In this document: piece by piece, positions 32,225 to 42,891 of the stretch
Layout of the letters: each line of letters begins with the position of its first letter
How positions within the stretch are numbered: position 1 is the first letter of the stretch
DNA from: an uncultured Desulfuromonas sp.
GTDB taxonomy: Bacteria; Desulfobacterota; Desulfuromonadia; Desulfuromonadales; Desulfuromonadaceae
Length of the DNA: 64,000 nt
NCBI GenBank assembly: GCA_964411865.1
Contig: CAYPNO010000001.1
Location: 13,197-77,196, forward strand
Direction of reading: 5' to 3'
Notes under the pieces: generated by a model
What the model saw: only the letters and a program-made list of their open reading frames with translations
The model's database searches: none
What the model was told of the DNA's origin: nothing
Program-made: the position numbers and the translations under genes

Positions 32225-33714
32225 GATTTCACCATAAGATTAATAAGATCGAGGAACAAGTTGGGATAGATGCCTATCAGCACTGAAATAGTTGCTGTTA
32301 TAACTAGAGGCACCACCATAAATAATATCATGGGCTGCTTTTCCAAGCTTCCTGTAACCCCAACATCTTCTGGCACAGGTTTTCCAAAGAATCCTTGTAG
32401 GAAAATTGGTACAAAATAGCCCGCATTTAGCAAACTACTTACAAGCAACACACACAAAAGTATCCAATTGTGAATATCAATAGTACCTAACGCCAGATAC
32501 CATTTTGTGACGAATCCTCCTACCGGCGGGATTCCAATCATACTCAAAGAGGCAACGCCGAAAGCAAGCATTGTCCAAGGCATCCTATAGCCTAGCCCGC
32601 CCAGTTCTTTAATATCCTTTTTCCCAGTGGCCACAAAGATACACCCAGCCGCGAAAAATAATGTGATTTTAGCGAATGCATGGTTAGCAATATGAATCAA
32701 ACCACCAGTAATAGAGTTTGGAGTCAACATTGCAACACCAAGCACTATGTAAGACAACTGACTCACAGTTGAATATGCAAGTCGCGCCTTAAGATTGGTT
32801 TTTGTAAGAGCAATAACCGACGCCGTTAGAATGGTAAATGAGACAAAGTACGCTGTGAACAGGCCTAACCCAGTCTCCGTCAGAACGTTTACTCCAAAGA
32901 CGGATAACATAACGCGACAAATAGAAAACACCCCAACCTTAACAACAACCACCGCATGTAACAATGCGCTGACGGGTGTAGGCGCTACCATTGCATCTGG
33001 CAACCAGTTGTGCAGCGGCATGATACCAGCCTTAGCAAAACCAAACAGGCATAGCAGGTAAGCTGCCCCTATCGCCAACCTGCTCGCATCGGCGGGGAAA
33101 ATACCCTGCGCAATATCTGCAGTTTGGAAGTCAAGGGTTCCAGCTAGCACATACACAATAACCATGGCAGGGAGGAGGAATGCCTTGGAGGTAAACATTA
33201 GGTACACAATGTACTTTTTAGCTCCGGCATAACCCTCTTCGTCTTGATGGTGCATGACCAATGGATATGTGAAGATTGACACAATCTCATAGAAAAGATA
33301 CAGGGTGAACAGGTTGCCCGCGAACGCCGCACCCATAGCTGCCCCAACTGAGACAGCATAACAAACATAGAATCGCGTCTGGGCATGCTCATTTAACCCG
33401 CGCATGTAACCGACACAGTACAGACTGGCCAGAATCCATAGAAAGGAAGCTACCAGCGCAAATATTACCCCAAGCCCATCAAGGTTGAGCATGACCGAAA
33501 CGCCAGGGTACAGCTCAAACAAGGTGTACTTGAGCTGAGTTCCATTAAGTATGGTGGGGACAAAGCTTACCACCGATGCAAAGGTTAATATCGCACCAAG
33601 GGTTGACCAACTGTCACGCACATTCGGCCTCTTCCCTGAAAACATGACCAGTAGTCCTGTTATCATAGGGATAAGCATTGTTATAATTATCTTGCTTGTG
33701 ATTATCGTGTTCAT
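32221..33714 (-). CDS. Additional antiporter-like subunit (MrpD/NuoL-type core, no lateral helix)
   Basis: 497 aa with HNWLPDAMVAPTPVSALLHAVVVVKVGVF (NuoL/MrpA/MrpD-type motif) and no C-terminal extension. Lies between nuoK and the NuoL-like gene. Confidence 0.8.
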   Translation of the reverse strand: MNTIITSKIIITMLIPMITGLLVMFSGKRPNVRDSWSTLGAILTFASVVSFVPTILNGTQLKYTLFELYPGVSVMLNLDGLGVIFALVASFLWILASLYCVGYMRGLNEHAQTRFYVCYAVSVGAAMGAAFAGNLFTLYLFYEIVSIFTYPLVMHHQDEEGYAGAKKYIVYLMFTSKAFLLPAMVIVYVLAGTLDFQTADIAQGIFPADASRLAIGAAYLLCLFGFAKAGIMPLHNWLPDAMVAPTPVSALLHAVVVVKVGVFSICRVMLSVFGVNVLTETGLGLFTAYFVSFTILTASVIALTKTNLKARLAYSTVSQLSYIVLGVAMLTPNSITGGLIHIANHAFAKITLFFAAGCIFVATGKKDIKELGGLGYRMPWTMLAFGVASLSMIGIPPVGGFVTKWYLALGTIDIHNWILLCVLLVSSLLNAGYFVPIFLQGFFGKPVPEDVGVTGSLEKQPMILFMVVPLVITATISVLIGIYPNLFLDLINLMVKS

Positions 33715-33797
33715 TGCAAGCGCTTTCTCAGGTGGTGTGTTTCAACAGATGTTTTGAAACAGCCGTTAGAGTTACCTAAATCCTCAATACAAACAAA

Positions 33798-34115
33798 TTA
33801 GTGCTTCATATCCTGTATTATGGCCGGATCTTCATTACGGAACCGCCTGTAGACAACAATTATAATACTTACTGCAATTGCTGCCTCTGCAGCCGCCAAT
33901 CCCATAATAAATAAGGCATATATCTGACCAACTGCAGGGTTTGGAGCTGTAAAGGTATTAAAAGCCATGAAATTCAGAGCAGCACCATTAAGAAGAAATT
34001 CACTGGAGATAAGCATGCCTATCAATGAACGGTGCTGAATCATTCCATAAAGGCCTATTACCAACAGAAGTGCCGCAATAATCAAGTAAGTATTTAGATT
34101 ATCACTAATAATCAT
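33798..34115 (-). CDS. nuoK: NADH-quinone oxidoreductase-like subunit K
   Basis: 105 aa, three TM segments with LAAAEAAIAVSII. Position after nuoJ. Confidence 0.85.
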   Translation of the reverse strand: MIISDNLNTYLIIAALLLVIGLYGMIQHRSLIGMLISSEFLLNGAALNFMAFNTFTAPNPAVGQIYALFIMGLAAAEAAIAVSIIIVVYRRFRNEDPAIIQDMKH

Positions 34116-34636
34116 TTTACCGCTCCATCTCGTCCGCCACGTGCGAGAATAATTGAACCTATGATGGCTGTCAGTAGGATAAGCGAGATCAACTCAAAAG
34201 CTAAGCAATATTGAAGCAGCAAATTTTCACCCACAAACTGAATGGACATGTCGCCGATTCGCTCTGCCGCAGGAGAAAATCCGGTCTGTGACAGCACCGC
34301 AAACAATGCCAAAAACACAGCAGAGCACGACCCTATTGCCAGTAGTTGATTTCGCCCTTTAAGGTTTTTTTCTGCCAACTGGTGCGGCGTGTTGCCCATC
34401 ATAATACCCATAGCTATCATGATGCATACCGCCCCGACATATATGAGAACCTGCATAACGGCCAAAAAAGTACTGCCAAGATGAAAATACAAACCTGCTA
34501 TTCCCAGCAGAGATACTGCAAGACCGATAACAGCATGCATCAACAACCTTGAACGCACTGCCATAAACGCGCCCATAAATGTCAGGATCATGAAGGCATA
34601 AAACAGGGCCTCGGCTATGTACCGATATACAATCAT
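34112..34636 (-). CDS. nuoJ: NADH-quinone oxidoreductase-like subunit J
   Basis: 174 aa, hydrophobic, LIYVGAVCIMIAMGIMM. Overlaps nuoI and nuoK by 4 nt each. Confidence 0.82.
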   Translation of the reverse strand: MIVYRYIAEALFYAFMILTFMGAFMAVRSRLLMHAVIGLAVSLLGIAGLYFHLGSTFLAVMQVLIYVGAVCIMIAMGIMMGNTPHQLAEKNLKGRNQLLAIGSCSAVFLALFAVLSQTGFSPAAERIGDMSIQFVGENLLLQYCLAFELISLILLTAIIGSIILARGGRDGAVK

Positions 34637-35073
34637 TCCCGCTCCTCCACTCTCTTGAGCAAATCGTAATGAAAATCTTCACGTGCAAATCCTGCAACTT
34701 CATAATCGTCACAGTAATCTAACGCCTTAGTAGGGCAAACTTCGACACAAGCTCCGCAGTGACTGCACTTCGTATAGTCAAGCGTATACAGGGTCAACAC
34801 CTTCCCCTTAACCCCCTCACGCTTTTCTCCTTCAAGGTAAATACAGTCAGACGGGCAGTCACGCATGCACATGCCGCAGGTGATACATCTATGAGTCCCT
34901 GTTTCAGGATCTTTGACTAAATCAATGTGCCCTCTATAGTTAGAGGTAACATCAACCTTTTGTCTAGGATACTGAACAGTCACTACTGGTGAAAACAACG
35001 CCTTTAGCGTAACCTTAAGGCCAACTATAAGGCTCCAGGCTCCCGTAAACAGATCTGAAAAATACGCTTTCAT
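34633..35073 (-). CDS. nuoI: NADH-quinone oxidoreductase-like subunit I (2x[4Fe-4S])
   Basis: CITCGMCMRDCP and CSHCGACVEVCP ferredoxin motifs. 146 aa. Confidence 0.92.
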   Translation of the reverse strand: MKAYFSDLFTGAWSLIVGLKVTLKALFSPVVTVQYPRQKVDVTSNYRGHIDLVKDPETGTHRCITCGMCMRDCPSDCIYLEGEKREGVKGKVLTLYTLDYTKCSHCGACVEVCPTKALDYCDDYEVAGFAREDFHYDLLKRVEERE

Positions 35074-36056
35074 AGCTTTACAACCACGACAGTAATTAGA
35101 AGATTAACCAGTGAGAACGGCAGCAAATACTTCCAGCACAGGTTCATCAATTGGTCGAAACGGGTTCGAGGATAGGTCCAGCGAATCCAGACGAGAAAGA
35201 ACATCAGCAAGTAAACTTTTAGTAAAAACCAGATAATGCCAGTATATTCAAAGTAGGGTAGCGGAATTCCAGAAGTACCTCCAAGGAAGAATACTGCTGC
35301 AATACTGCAAACGATAAACATGTTTGTATATTCCGCTATCATGAACAGGCTGAATCCCATACCGCTATATTCAGTATGGAACCCAGCAGTAAGCTCACTC
35401 TCCGCTTCAGCAAGATCGAATGGAGCTCGGTTTGTTTCGGCTACCATACACACTAGATAAATAAGAAAAGCAACCGGCTGCAACACGACAAACCATACAT
35501 TTTGTGCCTCCATGATGCCACGGAGACTGAATGTATTGGTCATAAACACGATTGCAAGCAATGAGAGCAGCATTGGAATTTCGTAGGCAATATTTTGCGC
35601 CACTGCCCGAAAAGCTCCAAACATAGAATATTTATTGTTTGACGCCCAACCTGCGACTAGAATTGCGAGCACGTTAATTGACGCTATTGCAAGGATAAAC
35701 AGCAACCCTACATCCAGGTCGAACGCCTGAATGCGGTCACTAAAGGGAATCACCAGCAAAGGGAGAAATACTGGCGCGAATGACATTATAGGTGCCAGCA
35801 TAAACAGTGGCTTATCAGCCTTGGCTGGGATCACCAGTTGTTTCGACATCAACTTAATGCCGTCAATTACCAACTGCAATACACCGTGAAATCCAACTTC
35901 CATCGGCCCAGTTCGCCGTTGAAAATGGCCAGCTAGTTTTCGTTCCATGTAGCCCATTACCAGCGCATTGCCGAACACCAGCACTAAAGAGCCGATAACC
36001 GCTATGACGATCCGAATTATTTCCGGGGCATAAGAATTAAGAGTCTGCATATTCAC
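35070..36056 (-). CDS. nuoH: NADH-quinone oxidoreductase-like subunit H
   Basis: 328 aa with ERKLAGHFQRRTGPMEVGFHGVLQLVIDGIKL and RAPFDLAEAESEL motifs. Confidence 0.93.
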   Translation of the reverse strand: MNMQTLNSYAPEIIRIVIAVIGSLVLVFGNALVMGYMERKLAGHFQRRTGPMEVGFHGVLQLVIDGIKLMSKQLVIPAKADKPLFMLAPIMSFAPVFLPLLVIPFSDRIQAFDLDVGLLFILAIASINVLAILVAGWASNNKYSMFGAFRAVAQNIAYEIPMLLSLLAIVFMTNTFSLRGIMEAQNVWFVVLQPVAFLIYLVCMVAETNRAPFDLAEAESELTAGFHTEYSGMGFSLFMIAEYTNMFIVCSIAAVFFLGGTSGIPLPYFEYTGIIWFLLKVYLLMFFLVWIRWTYPRTRFDQLMNLCWKYLLPFSLVNLLITVVVVKL

Positions 36057-37177
36057 TACCTGTCAATCTCAGGGATAACGAGGTCAAGTGCACCCATACT
36101 TGTAACCACATCAGATATCATCATCCCTTTGCACACCTCGGGCACAACACTGAGATTACTGTAAGAGGGGGTACGCACCTTGATACGGTAGGGTACGTCA
36201 CTACCATCGGACACCAGATAATAGGACAACTCGCCGCGCGGCGCTTCAACTGAGCAGTTATAGTCACCTTGCGGGAGCTTAAGCTTCTTCGGCACCTTAG
36301 CTGCCATCACTTCCCCTTCCGGCAATTTATCTAGAGCCTGTTCAATAATACGTAGACTCTGCTCCATCTCGCGGTAGCGCACATTAAATGCAGACCAAGC
36401 GTCACCCGCCTGTGCAAGCGGAACCTCAAAATCGAATTCAGAATACACAGAATAGGGCTCAGCTTTACGCAGATCATAATCAACACCAGCGGAACGCAAC
36501 AGCGGGCCTGTCACTCCATAGCGCGCACAAAGTTCAGGCGTATAGCATCCTACCGTCTTCATACGTTTCTGCACAATAACGTTGCCATTGACCAGATCTT
36601 CGTACATAGGGAAACGCCCGCGCAAACGCTCTACAAACGCCCGAGTACGCTCAATGAACTGTGTATCGATATCCTTGCAGACCCCACCAACCCTACAGTA
36701 ACAATAGGTAAGACGCGAACCACATATATCCTCAAGTGCATCGAGAATGTGTTCGCGATCGTCAAACGTATACATTATGGGGGTAAACGCGCCTAAGTCG
36801 AGCAGGTACGCGCCATACCAGAGCAGATGGCTCTGGATACGATTCAACTCACTGGTGATAACACGGATATACTCCGCTCGCTTCGGCACCTCAATGCCAG
36901 CAGCGCGCTCAAGCAACATAGCGTAGCCTTGGTTGTAAATAAGGGCACCAAGGTAATCCATGCGGGCAGTATTCGGCATAAATGAGCTTGCCGGCCTACT
37001 CTCGCCAATCTTCTCGTGACAACGATGCACGTAGCCCAATACAGGTTGGGGGTCAAGAACGTACTCCCCCTCCATCTTCAACAGCACGCGCAATACTCCG
37101 TGAGTACTGGGATGCTGAGGCCCCATATTCAGGACGAAGTGATGTTGTCTTTCGTCTTCTAACACATCTACATTCAT
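36056..37177 (-). CDS. nuoD: NADH-quinone oxidoreductase-like subunit D
   Basis: 373 aa with LNMGPQHPSTHGVLRV and C-terminal DLVIPEIDR. Directly abuts nuoH, so no nuoE/F/G lie between. Confidence 0.92.
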   Translation of the reverse strand: MNVDVLEDERQHHFVLNMGPQHPSTHGVLRVLLKMEGEYVLDPQPVLGYVHRCHEKIGESRPASSFMPNTARMDYLGALIYNQGYAMLLERAAGIEVPKRAEYIRVITSELNRIQSHLLWYGAYLLDLGAFTPIMYTFDDREHILDALEDICGSRLTYCYCRVGGVCKDIDTQFIERTRAFVERLRGRFPMYEDLVNGNVIVQKRMKTVGCYTPELCARYGVTGPLLRSAGVDYDLRKAEPYSVYSEFDFEVPLAQAGDAWSAFNVRYREMEQSLRIIEQALDKLPEGEVMAAKVPKKLKLPQGDYNCSVEAPRGELSYYLVSDGSDVPYRIKVRTPSYSNLSVVPEVCKGMMISDVVTSMGALDLVIPEIDR

Positions 37178-37198
37178 AGCAATTAGCTCAGCTCCGGG

Positions 37199-37762
37199 CT
37201 AGTTTGAAGCTTTTGGTTTAGCTGTCTTTTTATCTGCAACAGCGGGTTCCTTTTTTGCAGGGGCAGGAACCTTTTTTTCCTCAGGCTCTGCACTTGCTTG
37301 CATATGTCGCAACGCGGAAATATCCTTCAGGCCCTTTTCGGCCTTGAGCAGTGGCTTCAGGTCCACATCCTCCTCCGCTAAAATAAGGGGAACAAGATTT
37401 GGATGACCGGAGAACACCACACCATAGAAGTCTCGTACTTCACGCTCATGCCAATTAGCACCCTGATACACGTCTGATATTGTGGGCACTGTACCATCAG
37501 CCTTAACAGCGGTGCGCGCCATCACCCTACAGCGAGATGACCCCGCGTGGGCAAACTGATAGATCACTTCAATCGCGGGCAGAGCGTGTACAGCTGTTAC
37601 AAACACGAGATAAAACCCATCCGCCAGCATCAGTTCAGCCAGAGAATGAACGTTATCAGCTGTCATGTTAAGGTTGAAGTCATATCCTGTTTTGGCATAA
37701 TCAGTCTCTTCAACTTCGGCGCCAATAGCGAGCCATTTTTTTTGCATTGCTTTAACATTCAT
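37199..37762 (-). CDS. nuoC: NADH-quinone oxidoreductase-like subunit C with Lys/Pro/Ala-rich tail
   Basis: 187 aa with ANWHEREVRDFYGVVFSGHP. C-terminal low-complexity tail EPEEKKVPAPAKKEPAVADKKTAKPK. Confidence 0.88.
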   Translation of the reverse strand: MNVKAMQKKWLAIGAEVEETDYAKTGYDFNLNMTADNVHSLAELMLADGFYLVFVTAVHALPAIEVIYQFAHAGSSRCRVMARTAVKADGTVPTISDVYQGANWHEREVRDFYGVVFSGHPNLVPLILAEEDVDLKPLLKAEKGLKDISALRHMQASAEPEEKKVPAPAKKEPAVADKKTAKPKASN

Positions 37763-37768
37763 AGCGCA

Positions 37769-38365
37769 TCAGGCTCCCTTCGGCATTCTGTTCTGCGGGA
37801 ACGGATTACGTCGACCTGCAATCTTCTCCTGAAGTTGCATTATCCCCTCAATAAGAGCTTCGGGCCTAGGAGGACAACCAGGGACATAAACATCAACTGG
37901 AATAAGCTTATCCACTCCGAGCACAACATCGTAATTCGCCTCGACGTCAAACGGACCACCGGAAACAGCGCAGTTACCAAGTGCGATGACATAACGGGGC
38001 GCGGGCATTTGCTCATACAGGGTTAACAGAACCGGTGCCAGCTTTCTATTTACAGTGCCGGCAACAATCATAAGGTCAGACTGACGTGGCGAAGGACGGA
38101 ACACCTCTGCCCCAAAACGAGATATGTCAAAACGAGCCATCCCGCAGACCATCATCTCAATCGCGCAGCAGGCGATACCAAACGTCATTGGCCACAGCGA
38201 GTTAGCTCGACACGCATTGAGAATTTTATCAGCCAATTCCAGCTGAATCAGGCCTGCCTGATGGCCACCCGCCATAACATCACTAGACAAACCATGTTCG
38301 CTCCGCTCACGACACTCCTTGGAGTAGGAGTGAACTCTTAGTAAACTTTTCTTCTGTTCGGCCAC
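37769..38365 (-). CDS. nuoB: NADH-quinone oxidoreductase-like subunit B (N2 cluster)
   Basis: [20 protein letters not shown] and [14 protein letters not shown] start with AAGGGAG 7 nt upstream. Overlaps the nuoA end. Confidence 0.9.
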   Translation of the reverse strand: MAEQKKSLLRVHSYSKECRERSEHGLSSDVMAGGHQAGLIQLELADKILNACRANSLWPMTFGIACCAIEMMVCGMARFDISRFGAEVFRPSPRQSDLMIVAGTVNRKLAPVLLTLYEQMPAPRYVIALGNCAVSGGPFDVEANYDVVLGVDKLIPVDVYVPGCPPRPEALIEGIMQLQEKIAGRRNPFPQNRMPKGA

Positions 38366-38730
38366 GTAAACACTCCCTTGACCCAGGCATACACGATCGC
38401 CAGAGACAAAATACCAACAAATATGAACAGCTCAGTAATGCCCCGCGCTGCAGACACCTTGTCAAAAGCTGTCGCCACGGGGAACAGATAAAGAACGTCA
38501 ACGTCAAATGCTAGAAATATCAGCGCGTACATATAATATGAAATATCAAAACGTACATTCCAAGCGGTATCATACGTTTCCATCCCACATTCATATGTAT
38601 CAAGAGTCCTGCTGAACCCTCCCCTCGGCGCGATCAGACGGGCGATCACTAGGACCCCGAGGGCACATGCTACCCCAACCGTCAGAAACACGAGAACATA
38701 CATGTAATCGACTAGATGATGTTCAACCAT
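38338..38730 (-). CDS. nuoA: NADH-quinone oxidoreductase-like subunit A
   Basis: YECGME...[13 protein letters not shown] motif. Trimmed to the ATG at 38730 with GAGGGAGG upstream. Confidence 0.88.
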   Translation of the reverse strand: MVEHHLVDYMYVLVFLTVGVACALGVLVIARLIAPRGGFSRTLDTYECGMETYDTAWNVRFDISYYMYALIFLAFDVDVLYLFPVATAFDKVSAARGITELFIFVGILSLAIVYAWVKGVFTWPNRRKVY

Positions 38731-39377
38731 ACCTACTTTTGCCTCCCTCAATGGGAATACACCCTGAAGCATACAGGGTGCGAATCAAATAAATCTGCTC
38801 GGTCACCGAACCGCGTAGTCCGTAGCATCTCAGTGTCAGCACAGAAGACCCGACGCATAGTGAGAACTTCACTGACCTGCTTCTTGTATCGAAATGGCAA
38901 AACATTGTCAAGATCATAATAAAAACAAAAGCACGCGGCCCATCATCTTCTTCTCCAACACACTGTAATACATAGCCTTTATTTGCCTTGAGGCATGTAT
39001 TGACACTAACTCCATTGGATACTGTATACAATTTTCATACGGACATTTACGCTTGCCGCTCAATTATTTTGAGCGAAACGCTTTGCCAAACATAACTGCG
39101 TTTTAACCACTTTGATGCTCTTCCTAAGCCTGCATCCACTTAACGCAATTTTAAAACCATTTGACTTCCAACCTCATCACATGATACGCACGTTAGCTTC
39201 CAGTAGGACTGTGAGTTGCTGCGCAGTGGCCTCTGCGCAAACTAAATTTACGTGCTCATACATATTCTAAAAGCTATTCAAAAAAGCTGCACGCGTAAAA
39301 CCTCACCACACCCAAAACATTGCTGACTGCCTGCGGTGGCAGGTCTCTCAGCGCGGAGAAACAAAGGACAACACAAA

Positions 39378-40688
39378 ATGCGTAATAATATTGTGCATAT
39401 CGGTGCAGGCAAGCTTACCTACGAGATTCGAGCTATTGTTGAAATAGCCGAAAAACTTTCAGCACTTGGCATTAAAACCAACATGGAAAACATTGGCGAC
39501 CCTATCGCCAAGGGGGAGAAAATCCCTGACTGGATGAAACAGATTGTTGCGGATCTCGCAATGCAGGACTGCTCTTATGGCTATTGTGCCACCAAAGGTG
39601 TTCTGGATACGCGTAAGTTCCTTGCAGAACGCACCAACCGGCGAGGGAAGGCTCAAATAACTCCGGAAGATATTGTTTTTTTCAACGGTCTGGGAGACGC
39701 AATTCAGAAGGTGTATGGATTTCTGAAACGTGAAGCTAGGGTAATTGGCCCCTCCCCCACCTACTCCACCCATTCTTCTGGCGAAGCTGCCCACGCAGGA
39801 CAAGCACCAGTGTCATACCGCCTTGATCCGGATAACTACTGGTATCCAGACCTCGACGATCTACGCCTTTCCATCAAGTATAACCCTGCCATCTGCGGTC
39901 TTTTAATCATCAATCCAGATAACCCTACCGGCGCAGTGTACCCAGAACGAATTCTGGTGGAAATGCTTGAGCTAGCACGCAAATACGACTTATTTGTTAT
40001 CTGTGATGAGATCTACCACAACATCATCTACAATGGCGAATCTACTCGGCCAATTTCAGATCTAATTGGAGATATTCCTGCCATAGCGATGAAGGGAATT
40101 AGCAAGGAACTTCCATGGCCGGGCTCGCGCTGCGGCTGGATCGAAATCTACAATCGCAACAAGGATCCGATGTTCGCTCAATATATACAATCTATCGTAA
40201 ACTCAAAGATGGTTGAGGTATGTTCAACCACACTGCCCCAAAAGGCGATCCCATTAATTCTCAGCCATGATCAATACCCAGTATATCTGAGTGAACGTAC
40301 CGCAAGGTACGAAAAACACTCCAACATTGCCTACACCATCCTCAAGGATGTGCCGGGAATCAAAGTGAACCGGACCAACGGTGCCTTCTACATGAGCATT
40401 GCCTTCCAAAGAAACCTGCTCAACGACACCGGCACTCTTCCTATTGAAAATACAGAAGTACGTACCATGATCGAAAACCTGGTTCTTGAGCCTGGCACCT
40501 CGCCTGACAAGCGTTTTGTCTACTACCTGCTGGCAGCCACTGGAATATGTACTGTCCCTTTAAGTTCATTCTCGACTGCTGAGCAGGGATTCCGCATCAC
40601 TCTGCTTGAACGCAACGAAAAAGAGTTTACCAACATCTTTAAAACTATCGCTAAAAGCATTACTGCATACTTGAAATCCAAATCCTGA
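39378..40688 (+). CDS. Class I/II PLP-dependent aminotransferase (AlaA-like)
   Basis: 436 aa with [16 protein letters not shown] and [15 protein letters not shown] (candidate PLP lysine). Trimmed to the ATG at 39378. Confidence 0.85.
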   Translation: MRNNIVHIGAGKLTYEIRAIVEIAEKLSALGIKTNMENIGDPIAKGEKIPDWMKQIVADLAMQDCSYGYCATKGVLDTRKFLAERTNRRGKAQITPEDIVFFNGLGDAIQKVYGFLKREARVIGPSPTYSTHSSGEAAHAGQAPVSYRLDPDNYWYPDLDDLRLSIKYNPAICGLLIINPDNPTGAVYPERILVEMLELARKYDLFVICDEIYHNIIYNGESTRPISDLIGDIPAIAMKGISKELPWPGSRCGWIEIYNRNKDPMFAQYIQSIVNSKMVEVCSTTLPQKAIPLILSHDQYPVYLSERTARYEKHSNIAYTILKDVPGIKVNRTNGAFYMSIAFQRNLLNDTGTLPIENTEVRTMIENLVLEPGTSPDKRFVYYLLAATGICTVPLSSFSTAEQGFRITLLERNEKEFTNIFKTIAKSITAYLKSKS

Positions 40689-40725
40689 CAAAACCGGCTG
40701 CAGCAGCCAAGGAGCCCTATTTAAC

Positions 40726-42720
40726 ATGCAAGCACCTGAAATTGACCTTAAACAGGCAGCACTGACCATCGATACGATCCGTCTTCTGTCTGCTGATGCA
40801 GTAGAACAAGCCAACTCCGGCCATCCAGGCACCCCGATGGAAGGTGCTCCACTGGCGTATTTACTGTACACCCGACATCTTCGCCACAATCCAGCAAATC
40901 CAGACTGGGCCGGCCGCGATCGTTTCATCCTCTCTTGTGGCCATGGCTCTATGCTGCTGTATAGCACCCTGCATCTGTCTGGATACGACCTTAGCCTCGA
41001 AGACATCAAGCAGTTTCGCCAGTTTGGGAGTAAAACTCCAGGGCACCCTGAATTTGGCCACACCCCTGGGGTTGAAACCACCACTGGCCCGCTAGGTCAA
41101 GGTATTGCCGTGGGGACTGGCATGGCTATGGGGGCTAATTTTTTAGCAGAAAAAATCGACCCTGAGCTGTTCAATTACAACATTTATGCCCTATGCTCTG
41201 ACGGCGATATGATGGAGGGAGTTTCTGGCGAAGCAGCATCCCTCGCCGGCCATCTACGCCTCGGCAATCTGATCTATCTGTATCTAGACAACAAAATTTC
41301 CATTGAAGGGGATACATCCCTAGCCTTCAGCGAAGAAGTCGCAACGCGCTATCTTGCCTACGGCTGGCATGTCGAGCGAGTTACTGGGGAAAACCTCCTT
41401 GAAGTTGATGCTGCCATCGAACGCGCCAAATGTGACCCACGCCCATCGCTAATCATAACGCGAACCAACATCGGGCAGGGATCTCCGAACAAGCAGGGAA
41501 CAGCTGCTGCTCACGGCGCACCACTTGGAAGCGAAGAGTTGAAGTTGACTAAGCAAGCCTTGGGGCGCAATCCTGACGAACATTTTTCTGTACCCGCAGC
41601 GGTATACACTCACATGGCCAGTCTGAAATCACGGGGTGCTAAACTAGAACAACAGTGGCAACAAAAATGTACCGCAAAAGCCAAGGAAAACCCAAAACTA
41701 GCCGCCTGGATAGACTATACCTCTCCCGACAGTACCACTATTGACAAACTGCTGCCCCACTTCGGGTCCGGTAAAAGTGTAGCCACCCGCTCCGCCAGCG
41801 GCGAAACCCTAAATGCTTTAGCTGCTGGCTTGCCCTTGATGCTTGGTGGTTCGGCGGACTTAGCACCGTCCAACAATTCTCACATCAACGGTGAGGATTC
41901 GTTCGGCCCCTGCCATGCAGGGCGCAATATCCACTTCGGCATCCGTGAACACGCCATGGGGTCAATTCTCAACGGCTTGTGCCACACCAAAGGGCTGCTG
42001 CCATTCGGCGCTACCTTTATGATTTTCTCCGACTACATGCGTCCTCCCATGCGGATGGCGGCACTAATGGGAATCGCACCGATATACATCTTTACCCACG
42101 ATTCCATCGGGGTAGGTGAAGATGGCCCGACACATCAGCCCATAGAGCAACTAAGCGGTCTACGCAGTGTGCCAAACCTCACCGTGATCCGCCCATGCGA
42201 CGCTAATGAAACTGCGCAAGCCTGGAAAGCTGCCCTGCTACAGCGCAGTGGACCAACTGCATTGATACTCACCCGTCAGGGCTTACCAACCCTAGAGCGT
42301 ACGGAGGCAAACAGTGCGGCCAAACTACATAAAGGTGCCTATATCCTTGCAGCAGAACAGCACGACCTCACCATTATCCTTCTTGCCAGCGGCTCAGAAG
42401 TGCAATATGCGATGGAAGCGCGCCAAGAGTTGGAGAAAGATGGTATTGGCACCCGAGTGATTTCCATACCATCTTGGGAGTTATTTGAAGCACAAGACGC
42501 TACTTACAAAAATGAAATTCTCCCCACTACATGCCGTAAGCGCTTAGCTATTGAAGCCGGACTAAACTTCGGCTGGGAGCGTTATGTCGGACTAGATGGA
42601 AGCGTAATTGGGATGGAAGGGTTCGGAGCCAGCGCCCCCGGTGGCGAACTAATGGAGCATTTTGGCTTTAGCGGTACCAATGTAATCAAGCAGGCACGCC
42701 TGCTTCTAGGTAAGAACTAA
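40726..42720 (+). CDS. tkt: Transketolase
   Basis: 664 aa with [22 protein letters not shown] and [20 protein letters not shown]. Confidence 0.96.
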   Translation: MQAPEIDLKQAALTIDTIRLLSADAVEQANSGHPGTPMEGAPLAYLLYTRHLRHNPANPDWAGRDRFILSCGHGSMLLYSTLHLSGYDLSLEDIKQFRQFGSKTPGHPEFGHTPGVETTTGPLGQGIAVGTGMAMGANFLAEKIDPELFNYNIYALCSDGDMMEGVSGEAASLAGHLRLGNLIYLYLDNKISIEGDTSLAFSEEVATRYLAYGWHVERVTGENLLEVDAAIERAKCDPRPSLIITRTNIGQGSPNKQGTAAAHGAPLGSEELKLTKQALGRNPDEHFSVPAAVYTHMASLKSRGAKLEQQWQQKCTAKAKENPKLAAWIDYTSPDSTTIDKLLPHFGSGKSVATRSASGETLNALAAGLPLMLGGSADLAPSNNSHINGEDSFGPCHAGRNIHFGIREHAMGSILNGLCHTKGLLPFGATFMIFSDYMRPPMRMAALMGIAPIYIFTHDSIGVGEDGPTHQPIEQLSGLRSVPNLTVIRPCDANETAQAWKAALLQRSGPTALILTRQGLPTLERTEANSAAKLHKGAYILAAEQHDLTIILLASGSEVQYAMEARQELEKDGIGTRVISIPSWELFEAQDATYKNEILPTTCRKRLAIEAGLNFGWERYVGLDGSVIGMEGFGASAPGGELMEHFGFSGTNVIKQARLLLGKN

Positions 42721-42757
42721 CTCCCGCAGCAATTTAAGTAGCATCAGGCATATAAAA

Positions 42758-42803
42758 AGCCTGAAGCGCTCCTTTCTAAAGAGCTGCTTCAGGCTTTTAT
42801 TAT
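42758..42803 (+). terminator. Rho-independent terminator after tkt
   Basis: AGCCTGAAGC (42758-42767) pairs with GCTTCAGGCT (42786-42795), followed by TTTTATTATT. Confidence 0.85.
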
Positions 42804-42891
42804 TACATTTAAAATGCTGGACAACTTGAGCACACCTACTTGCGCCGCACTCCCTTGGCACCCGCTTAAAATTGACGTATATCCATTAATA

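Noticed and set aside
34359-34712. 117-aa minus-strand ORF overlapping nuoJ and nuoI in another frame
   Set aside because: It is out of frame with two well-supported, translationally coupled genes and has no motifs.
38723-39031. 102-aa minus-strand ORF upstream of nuoA, and ORF 38716-38919 (+)
   Set aside because: They lie in the 650-bp divergent intergenic region. There is no RBS and no similarity that I recognise. This is more likely promoter or leader DNA of the nuo operon.
40566-41095. 172-aa antisense ORF and small ORFs across the tkt start
   Set aside because: They are opposite or out of frame to the unmistakable transketolase N-terminus.
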